From Schmidtea polychroa (taxonomy: Eukaryota), in the NCBI GenBank assembly GCA_044892525.1, contig CM097885.1, positions 16,556,001 through 16,620,000 of the forward strand: 64,000 nt of DNA, read 5' to 3'. Below are positions 13,778-28,316 of the stretch, in pieces. A program made the position numbers and the translations under genes. The notes under the pieces are model-generated. The model ran no database searches and was not told where the DNA came from. It worked only from the letters and a program-made list of their open reading frames with translations. Each line of letters begins with the position of its first letter. The first letter of the stretch is position 1.

Positions 13778-14630
13778 TGTTGGGGTTCAATAAAAGAGAT
13801 ACAAAATTGAGGTGAAAATCAATGAAAACACCAAATTCATAATAATAAATGTAAAATACAAAGATATTAATTAAAATAATCCAAAAAACAAAAATTGAAT
13901 AATTTCGGGGGAAACTGGTATGGGCGGATGCCAAATTATGAGACGAGTTCAAATATAATAAAATAAAATCAATGGGGGGTCCCTAGAAAGAATAAATTAC
14001 AAAAAACAAAAATTAATTAAAAATTAATTAACTAATGGGAAGCCCGAGCTAATGGAGAACCCGAGCTAATGGGAAGCCCGAGATAATGAAAAACCCGAGA
14101 TAATGGGAAGCCCGAGATAATGGAAAGCCCTAGCGTCATGTGAGAGCCTAAATGGTAGATCAAAGGGGAAATTAGATCGGTCGACGAAAATTAAATTAGG
14201 ACAATGAGAGAAAGAGATAGGAGGAAGCCCGGGAAACTGGATACGAAGGGCTTGACGAATTAAAATCAATTGACGGGTCAAGTATAAAAGGAACCAGCAA
14301 AGAAACATAATTGCCAGTTGGTCGAAGAAAATTTAGTAGAATTAAACGAGTGAGTAAAAGGATTTAGCAGTTGTGATAATTAGATATTTAGAAATCGAAC
14401 GTACCAGAAAGGGACATCTCCCGTTGGAAGATTATCCCTACGTGAGATTTATTGTATTATTGAAAAGTGCAGATCAGAGTTATTAAAGATTGTAATTGTT
14501 CAATAATGAGTGTAATCAACAAGTGTACTTGTATTAGTCTTGAATAAAATTATTGTGTTGGGTTATTTTGATTTTGATAAAGAACACAAAGGAGTCAGAC
14601 CGTGATACCGACTTGCACATAAACCCAACA
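13778..14630 (+). mobile_element. Solo LTR (853 bp)
   Basis: Termini TGTTGGG...CCCAACA, 4-bp TSD ACTT (13774-13777 and 14631-14634), TATA-like TATAAAAG near 14283, internal 17-bp tandem repeat. Orientation inferred from the TATA-like motif. Confidence 0.85.
14033..14130 (+). repeat. About 6 copies of a 17-bp tandem unit (TAATGGGAAGCCCGAG[C/A]) inside the solo LTR
   Basis: Directly visible. Confidence 0.9.
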
Positions 14631-15194
14631 ACTTGATTTTTCGGTGATTTGTTTTTTCTTTTATGGGAATCGTTAATTACAGAAATATTTTCATTTTGAT
14701 TTATGGACAGTGAGGCGTCTTTTAAAAGGACTCTCACCGCTAATAAAATCATTTTTTTATTTTTCAGAGATAACAAACGAAATCAATTTGTATCTCAGTT
14801 TTCTAGATTGAATTCAACAAGTTATAATGCTGATGAAATCAGTGAATGTCTTAGTATTTGTAGCCAAGCTCAAGCAAATTCTCAAGGGTGTGGAAAGTGT
14901 TGTAAATGTTACTACATGAATCACATCTCTCAAATGTAACCTATTCTGATCTATTTGATGACAGCCTACTTAATTAATAAGATTCTTTTACTTCTACATC
15001 CTCAAAGTTCTTTAGTAGTAATCAAAATAGTGATCACCATAGATGTATTCAATCACATCAGAACGGGAATAATTGTCATTGGTATCCATGTGCATAGATT
15101 AAAGGAATGCAACCCAGTTTACGATATTCAATACTCATGCAATCAAATGGCAACTAGCAATAAACAAACCTGATATAGATTATATTTAGCGTCA

Positions 15195-15744
15195 TCAATT
15201 TTTAAATTTATCGGATACGCCTCCGAACAATGAGACATATGCTACTGACGAAGCCGTATGAGTAAACACCCCACACAAAATAATGAACATAAACATTATC
15301 CATGGAAATATCATTGTCTTTCTCATTTTATTATTGATTCCCATATTCAACCTCATCTGCTGAGTACTATGCGTTTCGACATTATCTATTTCTCTTTCTC
15401 CATTATCTTTGATCCAGTTTCCAAAATTCTTATACAAAATTTGAGCTGCTTTATTAATTAAATATTCCGATTTGTATCCCACTATCCCACTTCCAAAACA
15501 ATATGTCATATTATTTAATACCGATTCCTTGTTTATTCCATTTTTTATCAAATTTTCAATTACTTTCACATCACAAAACTCATCTCATGCTCCATATTAT
15601 TGCACTATTTCTAAAAGTCGATCTCACAGCTTCACTAATATTTTTACTTCTATTTACTTCTACTTTGAATTCAGGCTTCGGATAGAATATTTTCATTAAC
15701 CCTTTCAAATTTATTTTTGTAATATTCATTTCATTTTCTTTCAT
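15195..15744 (-). pseudogene. Frameshifted, intronless BCL-2-like reading frame with a C-terminal hydrophobic segment
   Basis: FCDVKVIENLIKNGINKESV resembles BH1 (F..V..ELF.DGVNWGRI); FGNWIKDNG resembles BH2 (WIQDNGGW); IFPWIMFMFIILCGVF is TM-like. The upstream part (MKENEMNITKINL...) is in another frame. Confidence 0.5.
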
Positions 15745-16087
15745 AGCCAATTTTACCCAATTTAATTTTCATTTCATATTGATTTTTACATTTTTCATAT
15801 TTTTAATTAATTTTTAATCTATTAATTTATTAATTTTCTTAATTTTATCAATTTATTAATATTAATTTTTAATCTATTTCAGCATTCCTTTGCACTAATC
15901 CAATAAAAATAAATATTATTACGAGTTATTACGAAAATTGATATTTAACAAAAATTATCAAAACAAACTGAATAAATATTTCCTATTTCTAATAATTTTA
16001 TCCCCGTGAAACCAATACTTAATGTAGCCCTGGACTCCTGTGTGAGATTGTATAATCATCTTGTTACGGTTTAAAGTTTTTTGTTAG

Positions 16088-16112
16088 GGAGGGGGGGGGG
16101 GGGGGGGGGGGG
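16088..16112 (+). repeat. Poly-G tract
   Basis: GGGA followed by 22 G. Confidence 0.9.
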
Positions 16113-16511
16113 TAACCAAGTTCAAAATATTATGTCCACATGTTTTGTTTTTTGAGATTTTCATTTACAATTTTACCTTTTTGATCGATGATTTTATGGT
16201 GATGTTTTTGGTGGATTTTTATGATGGTCTTAGTTCATGTATTTTGTCTGTAGGATATAAGTTAACAAGTGAATCGTAAATAATACTCAGGGCTCCGCTG
16301 GGCAAAACGGTAAAATTTTTTGTTATTAGTTGTTTTTTTATTTCAATCTGGCAACCCCAGTTCATTTTCTTTATACCTCTATTTGTATATTTGGCTACTT
16401 TCAATTGTAAATATAATTATATATAAATTTTTAATTGATAAAATTCAAATAATTAATATTTCAATAAATTAATTTATAAATTAAATAAAATTTTTAACTT
16501 TTTATAGTTAA

Positions 16512-17761
16512 ATGTTAATTTATTTTATTATCGGAAATATTTACTTTTTCGGTATGACATTTGGATTTGTTGATCTCGATTTTTTTAAAGAAGATTTTAG
16601 TAAAAATTGTTGCAAATATCAAGTAAAAATTGTCATTATTGAATTGTAGATATCTCTATGCCACCATACATCAGTCCCTTTTTACCAGTAATTACATGCT
16701 ATACAGAAGACGGTTTTACAACTGACTGGGATTGTCACTTTTGTGGGGTTAGTGTGTGTACTTGAATTTTAATGAGAAATAATTCAGTTAAATTAAAACT
16801 TTTATTCCCATTTTCTCAGATAGATTTTGTACAAAGTAGAGACAGATGGGGAAATTACCCTCTGGAATTGTTAAGGAAGAGTAAAATTTAGAAAATCGGT
16901 AATAAATTGAAAAATTCCACGAGTAGGTAGATATGAGCTTTTTAACATACCGCTCTCTCAAATCCCTTACGATAACCCATTGTCTTAGTTGTGAATACGT
17001 TTAAGACATCGCGCATTTAAAAAAAATTGGATTATAGAGCTTATTGAGATCGTCTATCAAGATTGGTTAACCATGGCTTTCGCAATTCTCTTTAGGAAGT
17101 GATTAAATCTAGGATAAAGCAAATGTGAATAGGGATTCTAGTGGACTTTCTAATTCACAATTAGTTATTGAAAATTTCTTTTCGCCAAAACATAGACCTC
17201 ATTGAGTAGACATTTCAATCTAGTATACTCCATCTCAACTCTTAGTAAACTAATAAATAAAGTTCATGTTAGAGGTGGAAGTACAGAAAAGTGGATTAAC
17301 AAAGCAGATTCTTATTAACAATTAATTTCCATTAATAATCTTCCTATCTTTGATTGATTGTAAAATTGGGTAGTTATTTAATGAGAACACTTTTAACTTG
17401 TATAACATTTTATTTTAAATTATCAAATTATTTTAGACATATTATTCTTTAGTCCTACTTCGAATATTCATTTCGATTTGGCGCTGAACTTAATTGGATT
17501 CATTTTTGCATCAAAGACATACAAATGCGACATACAAAATATATATTTCGTAATGAAAAAGTGCTCATAGTTTATTTTCGTTGTGATACTCACCTGTGCA
17601 ACACTAAAGAAAATTATCCATTTCGTAGATTGGATGATCGATGCGAATTCACATTAATTGATGAATATTCCAATATGTTTGCAAGCGCAACGTCATTCAA
17701 ATTATTTCCAATAATAAATTTAATAACTTTGACAGCGCTTTTATTTATCAAACATTTCTAA
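16512..17761 (+). CDS. Ly6/uPAR (three-finger)-like small GPI-anchored protein, about 148 aa. Exons 16512-16551, 16650-16747, 17453-17761
   Basis: GT-AG introns in matching phases (1, then 0). Hydrophobic N-terminus, then ITCY...DCHFC...HFC...RCDTHLCN motif, small residues ASA and a hydrophobic C-terminal tail. Confidence 0.75.
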
Positions 17762-18450
17762 ATGTCTTTATTGAAAAATTCCCATTATTTTTATATTTGT
17801 ATAATATTAAAAATATAATTAATTTTCGCAAGAATTATTTGAGTCTTTTATAATATATTATGAGAACATTTTCATGGATATCGCAAAAAATCATGACAGA
17901 AAATACTTTTTATGGGAATAAAATGAAATACCTTTATACATTCTTAAATTTTCTTTTCAGCATGTTAGGAAATGTTGAATCATTCTAAAGAACAAACATA
18001 TTTGACATAAAATATATAATTATATCTAAATGAAGACTATTTTTAATTAATTGACAAAATTTTTATATATTATATAACAATATTCTGTTAATTATTAAAA
18101 AGAATATTATATTTCATTAACCTATTATTTCAAATTATGCGGTTTCTCTACAAAGCGAATAATAATAAAACAAATATATTTGATATACAATGTATAAAAT
18201 GAAATTTCTATATAGATAGGATTTTTTTGACATGTTAATAAAGGTATGTTTACAGTCATTTGAATATTTTTTATATTTATATTATAGTTTAAAGATTTCT
18301 AATATTATAAGATATAAAAAATTCTAGAAAACAATTAAGTATAAATCAAACTTTCACTTCAATTTATTCATTCAAAACGACAAACGTATGAAAACAAAGA
18401 TAATTCAAATAGCACAAAGAAACATCAATAAGAACGAGCAAAGACAAGAC

Positions 18451-18832
18451 CAGGGACGACTCTTACATAATTAGGCGAATTAGGCGGCCGCATATGGCGC
18501 AAAAATATTTTTCTAAATTATTTCTCGAATATATAAAAAAAATTATTTATTATGATAACTTTAATTTTTCTCTTTCACAATTTTCTCTGTCACTCCTATA
18601 TTATTTTGTACTATTATTTATATATTTTGAAACTGCATATATTATTATATTTTGAAATGGACAAATTTTTTATTTCACTCAATAAAAAATTTATTATGAA
18701 ATACCTACTCGTTGAATTAAGAAATTTAAATTATTAAAACATAATGTTTCAGTTGGCATTCTTTAAGGTAGGTGCTTCATAAAAATTCGCCTAGGGCGCT
18801 AGGCTTGGACAAAATATTTTGAGCCGCCCCCG
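18451..18832. mobile_element. hAT MITE, same family as 58474-58844
   Basis: Imperfect TIR CAGGGACGACTC / GAGCCGCCCCCG; perfect 8-bp TSD GACAAGAC. Confidence 0.9.
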
Positions 18833-19068
18833 GACAAGACAATTATAATGAAAGAAAACAAGGATTAAATAATTAACAAAAAATTAAAAATAAAAGAACT
18901 TTAGCACGTAATTAACAAAATAGAATTTACAAAATTTTAAAAAAATTTATTTAAATTAAAAATTTTAATATTTCATGATGTTTAAGACAAAAACTAGGTA
19001 AAACTAGGTATGGTGGTATGCATTTCTTTGCTTGAAATTAAATTTTCGTTGCTCCAATTTGCCTAAAT

Positions 19069-19775
<707 letters not shown>

Positions 19776-20478
19776 GCCTACATAATTTATTAATATGCTG
19801 TAATTCGATTAAATAAATTAATATTTTGGTGCATTTTGAATAATAATTTAATATTTTGATGTAATTTGATTAAATGATTTATGAAGTTGTTGCGATTTGA
19901 TACAGTTTACTGAAATATGTGAAAAATACTGTAATGGAAGGGTTAATGTGTTAATAAATTTTTGAATTTGTAATAAAAGATTCGGTTCCTTGCTTGTGTA
20001 AAATCTTTTGGAAAAATTTTCTCCACGCGTTTTTGGCTATTTTAAACAAAAAATATGATTTAATTTAATTCCATTATATATAATTTAATACATATTTTTA
20101 TAAATGTGTTGAGTTTTCAAATAAATACATATTAAAGTCGGTGATTTTGACTCCACGTATTCTGTAAAAGTCATTAAACAAACAATAATCAACGTATATT
20201 TGTATTCAAATTCGTATAATCTACACTTTGCAAACTTCGAATATCGCAATAAAATTCCTATTCTGACTATTTGATAAGTCTCGCTGTAACCGCTTTGGTT
20301 TTGCACGTTCTACAATAATAATAACCTCTTTTCTTAAATCTTTTGATTTGATCCTTTTTCTTTTATCTATGTTCTAATTTAAACAAGTTTTCTTTTAACT
20401 ATTCTTTTTTTATTCGTCCGTACCTGAGGCAAAATGACGATTGTTTCTCAATTTGAGTTCTTTTATATAGTTGTATAT

Positions 20479-20613
20479 TTGGAAAAGGCAATACCGAAAA
20501 TTCGTGAGTATCAATAACATCGATATATTATTGATTTATAGTCTTCAAGCTCTCTTTTTAATAAATCCAATACAAAAAAGAATCAGTGGTGAAATTGGAA
20601 AAAAGTTCTTATA
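20479..20613 (+). repeat. Repeat family A copy with a degenerate hammerhead motif
   Basis: GAAAAGGCAATACCGAAAATTCGTGAG followed by the family tail ending GTTCTTATAA. Confidence 0.75.
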
Positions 20614-22224
20614 ATGTATAGTGTACACATTAAATTTACATTCTCTTCTGGACTTCATTTTTATTGGGGATAACAGATATATTGTACATGTTCCATAGCC
20701 TTCAGAGCAACATTTCCCTTAAACATTTTCAGTTTGGTATTTCTCCAGCTTTTAGAGGAATTGTTTCTGTTTCAATTCCAAGTAATATTTTATGTTGACA
20801 GACGAATCTATATCATTTTGATAAGGTAGATTCCCCATGAAATCCCATCGTCTTTTCCGTTGAATAAATAAAAATCCTCTAATCTATTACTGATATAAAA
20901 TTCAACTACTCATTATAATCAGTAAAAAACTTCCAAAATTAAAAGATAAAAACAACCTCTCCGTTCCATTATTTATCATCTCGTTTTCGTTGATAAATGC
21001 ACGATGCAAAACGTATTTAAAACAAACAAATATTTATTAACTGATCAAAAAACAACAACAAATATATCAACCGAGACATTGTTGAAATCCCCCCATAAAC
21101 TGGGCAATATAAACAATTAAAGCGTTCATATGACTGGCAAAAATCTCCCATATTAATGCCATGAGCCTGTTTCAGAATCGCATATTTATTACCAGCATTA
21201 AGAAGAACAATGAGTCCAAAAAAATTAACTACTCACTATACTAATAATATTTTCTACAACAAAAATTGATAAACAATATATAATAAATGAACAAATCCGT
21301 ATTTATTGCCACAACAAATTACAACCGGCGACTGCTACTCTCCAAACATCCTAAACTAGTGAGTATTGCTCGCACTTTATTGGCAGATTGTTCCCATTAA
21401 TAGAACGGGACCCCTCTCTATGTATACTGTGATATTTATCCATCAAACGATTCCGATAATTGACTATAACTTCTCGTACTAGCCTTCTAACAGCATCATC
21501 ACTGTCATTTATTGTTCCAATTTGTTTTTCTAATAAACCTTCACACAACGGAACTGCGACATCATTTGAGTAAGCCATTAGGGATTTCTTTAGATATTTA
21601 TTCTCCCTTACATTATCTTTCAGCGGTTGTTGATAGTCAATTAATATTTATCAATAATGATCAACAATACAAACAGCGAAAATGAAGTTGTCAATAAAAA
21701 TCTAAAACAAATATCAAATGTTTAAATATTTTTTTTTCATAAATAAATTTCCATGTGGAGATTTTTATCTTCCATAGACAAATTGAGGAGAAATTTTTTT
21801 TTTTTTTTTGTTAATTTTTTTTCTTACTGTTCAGTGAGTAAATTATGTTTCTGATTTTGATTTATTGATTTGGGGATCTTTTTTTGATTTGTAGAGATCT
21901 TTCTGAAATGGTTGAGAGAAAAATTATGATAAAAAAAGGATATGATAAATATGAAAATAATACTTCGGATTTCTTTTTGTTTCTGTTTTTATGGTTCATT
22001 GACAATAATGTTGGATAGAACAGGATATTAAAAGTCTGATTGTTACAACGGCCATTAATTAATATATTTGGTTTTAATTAATTAAAAGTTTATTAGATTT
22101 TGTTTAAATGATGGGAAAATATTTTGAAGATATTTTATTAATTAATCAGTTATTTTAATTTATTTATTCCAACTCAAAATACGGAAATTTATTTTTTGTG
22201 CTATTTATTTAATTAATTTTTGTC

Positions 22225-22720
<496 letters not shown>

Positions 22721-23988
22721 TTAATCGATTTAATAAGCACTATTAATTTACAGTCAAACAACTGTTAATTAATTCCCGAGACTGGAATTTCATGGTAAAT
22801 ATTTTGTTTGTTTGTTTTTTTATATTTCAACAGAACAAATCATTAAAATTAAACGATAAATTTATTATGAGCGGCGAGCTCGCCCAAATATTTATTGACG
22901 AGTGTGCTTGCTATTGATCTAGTTCCCATGAAGCGAGTGATGTTTAAAATCATGTTTTAAAATGAAATTGTGACGGCGGAAGTTGATTATTGTTCGGTAT
23001 TGTTGAACGAATCACTGTTGTAAAATCGAGGAAACTCCTTAATTAAGTAAGATAAAAGCGAAAAATTAATTACTCGATAATTCTTTTCGTAGACCAGTGC
23101 AGCTTCGGCCTGTGAGGATTTGCTGATTGAGACCAAATCTGTTCTCTGTTAGGTTGGCTTTTCTGTAAATGTTTTTAGTCTGGATTTTTCATTAGTTAGC
23201 TGCGACGATTTGGGATATTTCTGTCGCAATGTGCTCTAAATTTCTATCAGGAACGAATCGGAATTTTTCCCCTTTTATAATTGACTTTTTTCTCAATTAT
23301 CGATTTTTGATGATTTAAACAAATTTTATTTTTTGTTATTTTTTAATTTAGAAAATTAATAAAAATATATATTTCAATAATTTAATGTATTTTAATAAGA
23401 AATTAAAAATTATTTTGTTTTACTAAGCATTAAATCAATCATTTAATTATTTGTAAATTTTTTTTAAATCTGAAAAATCCAGTTTTGATCCAATTCATTT
23501 TAATGACGACGTGGACTAGCCTCACTGTTGGACGCACCGAATGAGTCTGTGACTTGTTCTAGCATTAATGTTACTTTAGTTCTACATTAATTGTACAATA
23601 ATTATATCAAGGAAATAGAGAATTTTATTGTTGAGAAAGTTTTCCAGTCAAGATAAATGAAAAAATATTCACATAATAAAAAATCAACCATAAAATATGG
23701 TTTTTGAAACTCTATCTATATATTTCATTCTCTTAATTTCAACATATTTTAGATATAATTGCGTTATCTCTTTAATCCAAAGTTAATGAATAGATAAGAA
23801 TTTATATTGAAATAAGGAAATAACACTGGATTTGAAATATCAATATTTTTTAGATTAACCCACTTTCCGTGATCGGATCGATCTGATATTTTGATAGCGT
23901 GCAGTGTTCTCAAGCTCGAATCTACTTGGCCTCACAGAATTTGGGTGTCACATACAAACATACAAACATGAGCGAAGTTAATATAGAG

Positions 23989-24265
23989 CAGTGCTTCTCA
24001 TCTGGATCAATTTCGAAATTAATGGATTCTTAAAATTTGATAAATCATAATTTTTCTCAAGTATATACATCGTATTTTATGTATATTATGATAGAAACAA
24101 TTTCCTAACACTGAATATATAGTTCTAACCAAGATCTATAAGCAAAATTGAAATTTTTAAGTAAGAGCTTGTAAAATAATTTGTTAATTAATTCAAGAAC
24201 TGGGGAAATTTGACTTTTAAACTCTATTGTTGGGGGCATAGAGCATAACATGATGAGAAGCACTG
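23989..24265. mobile_element. hAT (Charlie-like) MITE nested in the terminus of the 23710-24282 repeat
   Basis: TIR CAGTGCTTCTCATC / GATGAGAAGCACTG; TSD ATATAGAG/ATATAGAC. Confidence 0.88.
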
Positions 24266-25904
24266 ATATAGACAGAGTAAAAAAGAATCATATTTGTTTC
24301 TTCCTCGAGATAAATCATTTGTTTATTGCTTTTGGAGTGCAGCGAAAGAATAACTTATTCCACAGGTGTAGAACTCATACAGTCACGTTCACTGAAGGAT
24401 TGGATTAGGAACCTGATTTTTTATTTTTGAGTATATTGGAAAAAACATTGAAAAGAAAATTACAATACACCTATGGCGTTTTATAATGGATATAATCAGT
24501 GATGAGCTGAAAGCAGCTCGCACGAGCCGGTTGTTAATTATATTATAAGTTTGCGAGCCCGTTGTTAAACTTTATTCAAATACAAAAACTTAAGATACTT
24601 TCAACTCCCAAAAGATTATTATATTATTTTAGTATTCTCTCTACAAGCTTCTTTATGATCTTTCTGTCTAATTTAGAGGGAAGGGTTGGAGAAAACTGTT
24701 TTTATATCCTTTGTCCAAAGTAAACCATCATCAAACATAAAAAGTTCCAAGACCGGGTTTCAATTTTTGAGAACGCCAAAATTGTCAGATAGAGTCGAAC
24801 ATTCTCGACATCGCTAAAGTCCCGTTACGATGGGTATCTTACAATTCTTCCACAAATTAATACAATAACTGTACACGATCGGCACCAACAGTAAATTTCG
24901 GTAAAGTGTCTTGCCGCATTGATGAACCGCATATCCCTTGTGTCAATTAAGATTTATTTTGCAACTACAATCTTTCTATTCTTTATGATGGGGGCCCTAT
25001 GTAATTATCAATGAATTTATGATTTGCATAATTTAAAATTAATAAGTATTAAATTGTGTTTTTAAATGGTATCAAAAGTGAAACCCATAAGAAGAGAAAG
25101 AATTTACTGTTCATTTTCCCATTTCTCAAGAATATATTATAACAAATATTCGAACTACATCAGAGCTGATCAGTGCCGATCCTGGATACTTGGCCGCCCA
25201 TGTGCAATCCCACTTTACGCCGCTTTTGGTTTTTGTTAAAATTAAATTTGTGGCTTTAGTCATGAGTCCTACGTGATTCTGTCTTCAGTGCGATTTTCGA
25301 AACCAGACCTTCGGAGTGTTCTCATCGTAGGTACTAAAATGTATCTGTAATTAATTAATTTTGTCAATCTGAAGAAATTATAAGAGTTCAAAACCCAAAA
25401 TAAGGGAGGGAAGTTGAAACTTAGGTAGAGATTTAAACAACAACACAAATAAAATTTTTTAGTAGTGATCGTCTGGGATGTCACAAATTTGAATTCCGGA
25501 AAAAAAATTAGTAAAAAGTTTAAACGCAATAATTCTAATTAATTAATTAATTAATTAATTAATTAACAAATTGTTTACCTTATCAATCATCGTGACACAA
25601 AACATCAAATTCATCTCTATACGGGCAAGATGAACTATTGTCAAGTAATAAATTAATAGGGATTATATTATGAAACTGGTCAAAATGAAACTAGTTCAAA
25701 ACATAAAGTACCAAAGAATTATTATAAATACAAACTCCTTTAGGAAAATTTATTTCAGTGTGACACTGATAAAGGTAATTGTTGATGGGAACTCAATCTT
25801 TGTGTGATTGTAGGATTTTTATTCTATATTTTTATCTCAATAATTAAATATTAAACCTATGAAGCCAGAGGAAATATTTTCCATACGGAAACATTAATAA
25901 ATTT

Positions 25905-27134
<1,230 letters not shown>

Positions 27135-28108
27135 GTCAGTAAATATTGTTTGTTCATATCAATCTTAAAACAATTTTTTAAAAATAAGAATTATAAATTA
27201 TAAATTTATCAGAGTCAGCTTGCTGGAAACCCTATTCAAAATTTTTAAGTATGTAGATGTGAGCATTTTTACTTTCTTACCAGTTATCGAACTGCCCCAA
27301 CCTACAGCTCAGGACCTAGAAGACTCACTTGAAGGTCAATGTTAGGCAAAATAAATGACTCTTATATATTCAAAAAATTTAAAAACTTTGTTTTTATTGA
27401 TCAAAATTTTATTAATCAGAAACAAAAAAGAAATCTGATTCAAAATATCCAAAAACAAAAACTAAATTTAATAAATAAACATGTGAAATGCGCTTTTCCA
27501 GCCCTTCAAAAGAACTTATTAATTTCAAAGAGTTTAAATTTCTTACAATATCCCAATTAGTGTAAGGGTCGGTTAAACTTCTCTCTGTCAAAATTTTTCG
27601 TGTAAAAAATATGTTTCAGAGAGAACCACCGTTGGAATGTTATACGAAAAAGTTTTTTTCGGAAAAATGTACATTTCGAAAATTCATAATTTTCAAATGA
27701 AAAATTTCAAAACTTTCAAAGACTCCTACTATGAATCTTTTACTCACAACATTCATTTTTGCTATTCTTCACCAATAAAATAACGTAAAAGGAGAAATTA
27801 AAGGTCACGAAAAATTCCATATTTTGGAAAAATTTTTTCAAAAATCTCAAAGAATATTCATGGAAAAATTTTCCCCTGAAAAATATTCAAAATTCTCAAC
27901 AAATGAATTAAAAAACATTTTACATGTACAAAATGTTATAAGAATTTTTTTAACTCATTTGTGCAATTGTTTAATCACGGGATTAATGAATTCATTGCTT
28001 GTTACCAATATGAAACAAACAAACTCAAAACTAGCCTGCCATTAGAAATTGCATCAAATATCGCAAAGCATTTAACCAATTGTCATCAATATAAAGAAAA
28101 TTATATAT

Positions 28109-28316
28109 ACGCGTATATACTCACGTATAAGTCAAGGTAATTATGATGAAATAATCCATTTTCAATTATTAGTATATAATTTAATACAAATAAATGTGAT
28201 TAAAAAAGACATGGAAAATTAATTTAATTTTTTATTGACCCGCGTATAAGTCGAAGTGGCTATTTTGACTTGAAAATTTGACGTAAATTTCTCGACTTAT
28301 ACGCGAGTATATACGG
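28109..28316. mobile_element. pogo/Tigger-like MITE flanked by a direct duplication of about 188 bp
   Basis: TIR CGTATATACTCACGTATAAGTC / GACTTATACGCGAGTATATACGG. Confidence 0.8.

Noticed and set aside
14033..14130. Tandem repeat as a CRISPR-like array
   Set aside because: No spacers; eukaryotic LTR context
24497..24570. GTGATGAGCTGAAAG as a hammerhead core
   Set aside because: No valid stems; the context matches a hAT MITE end
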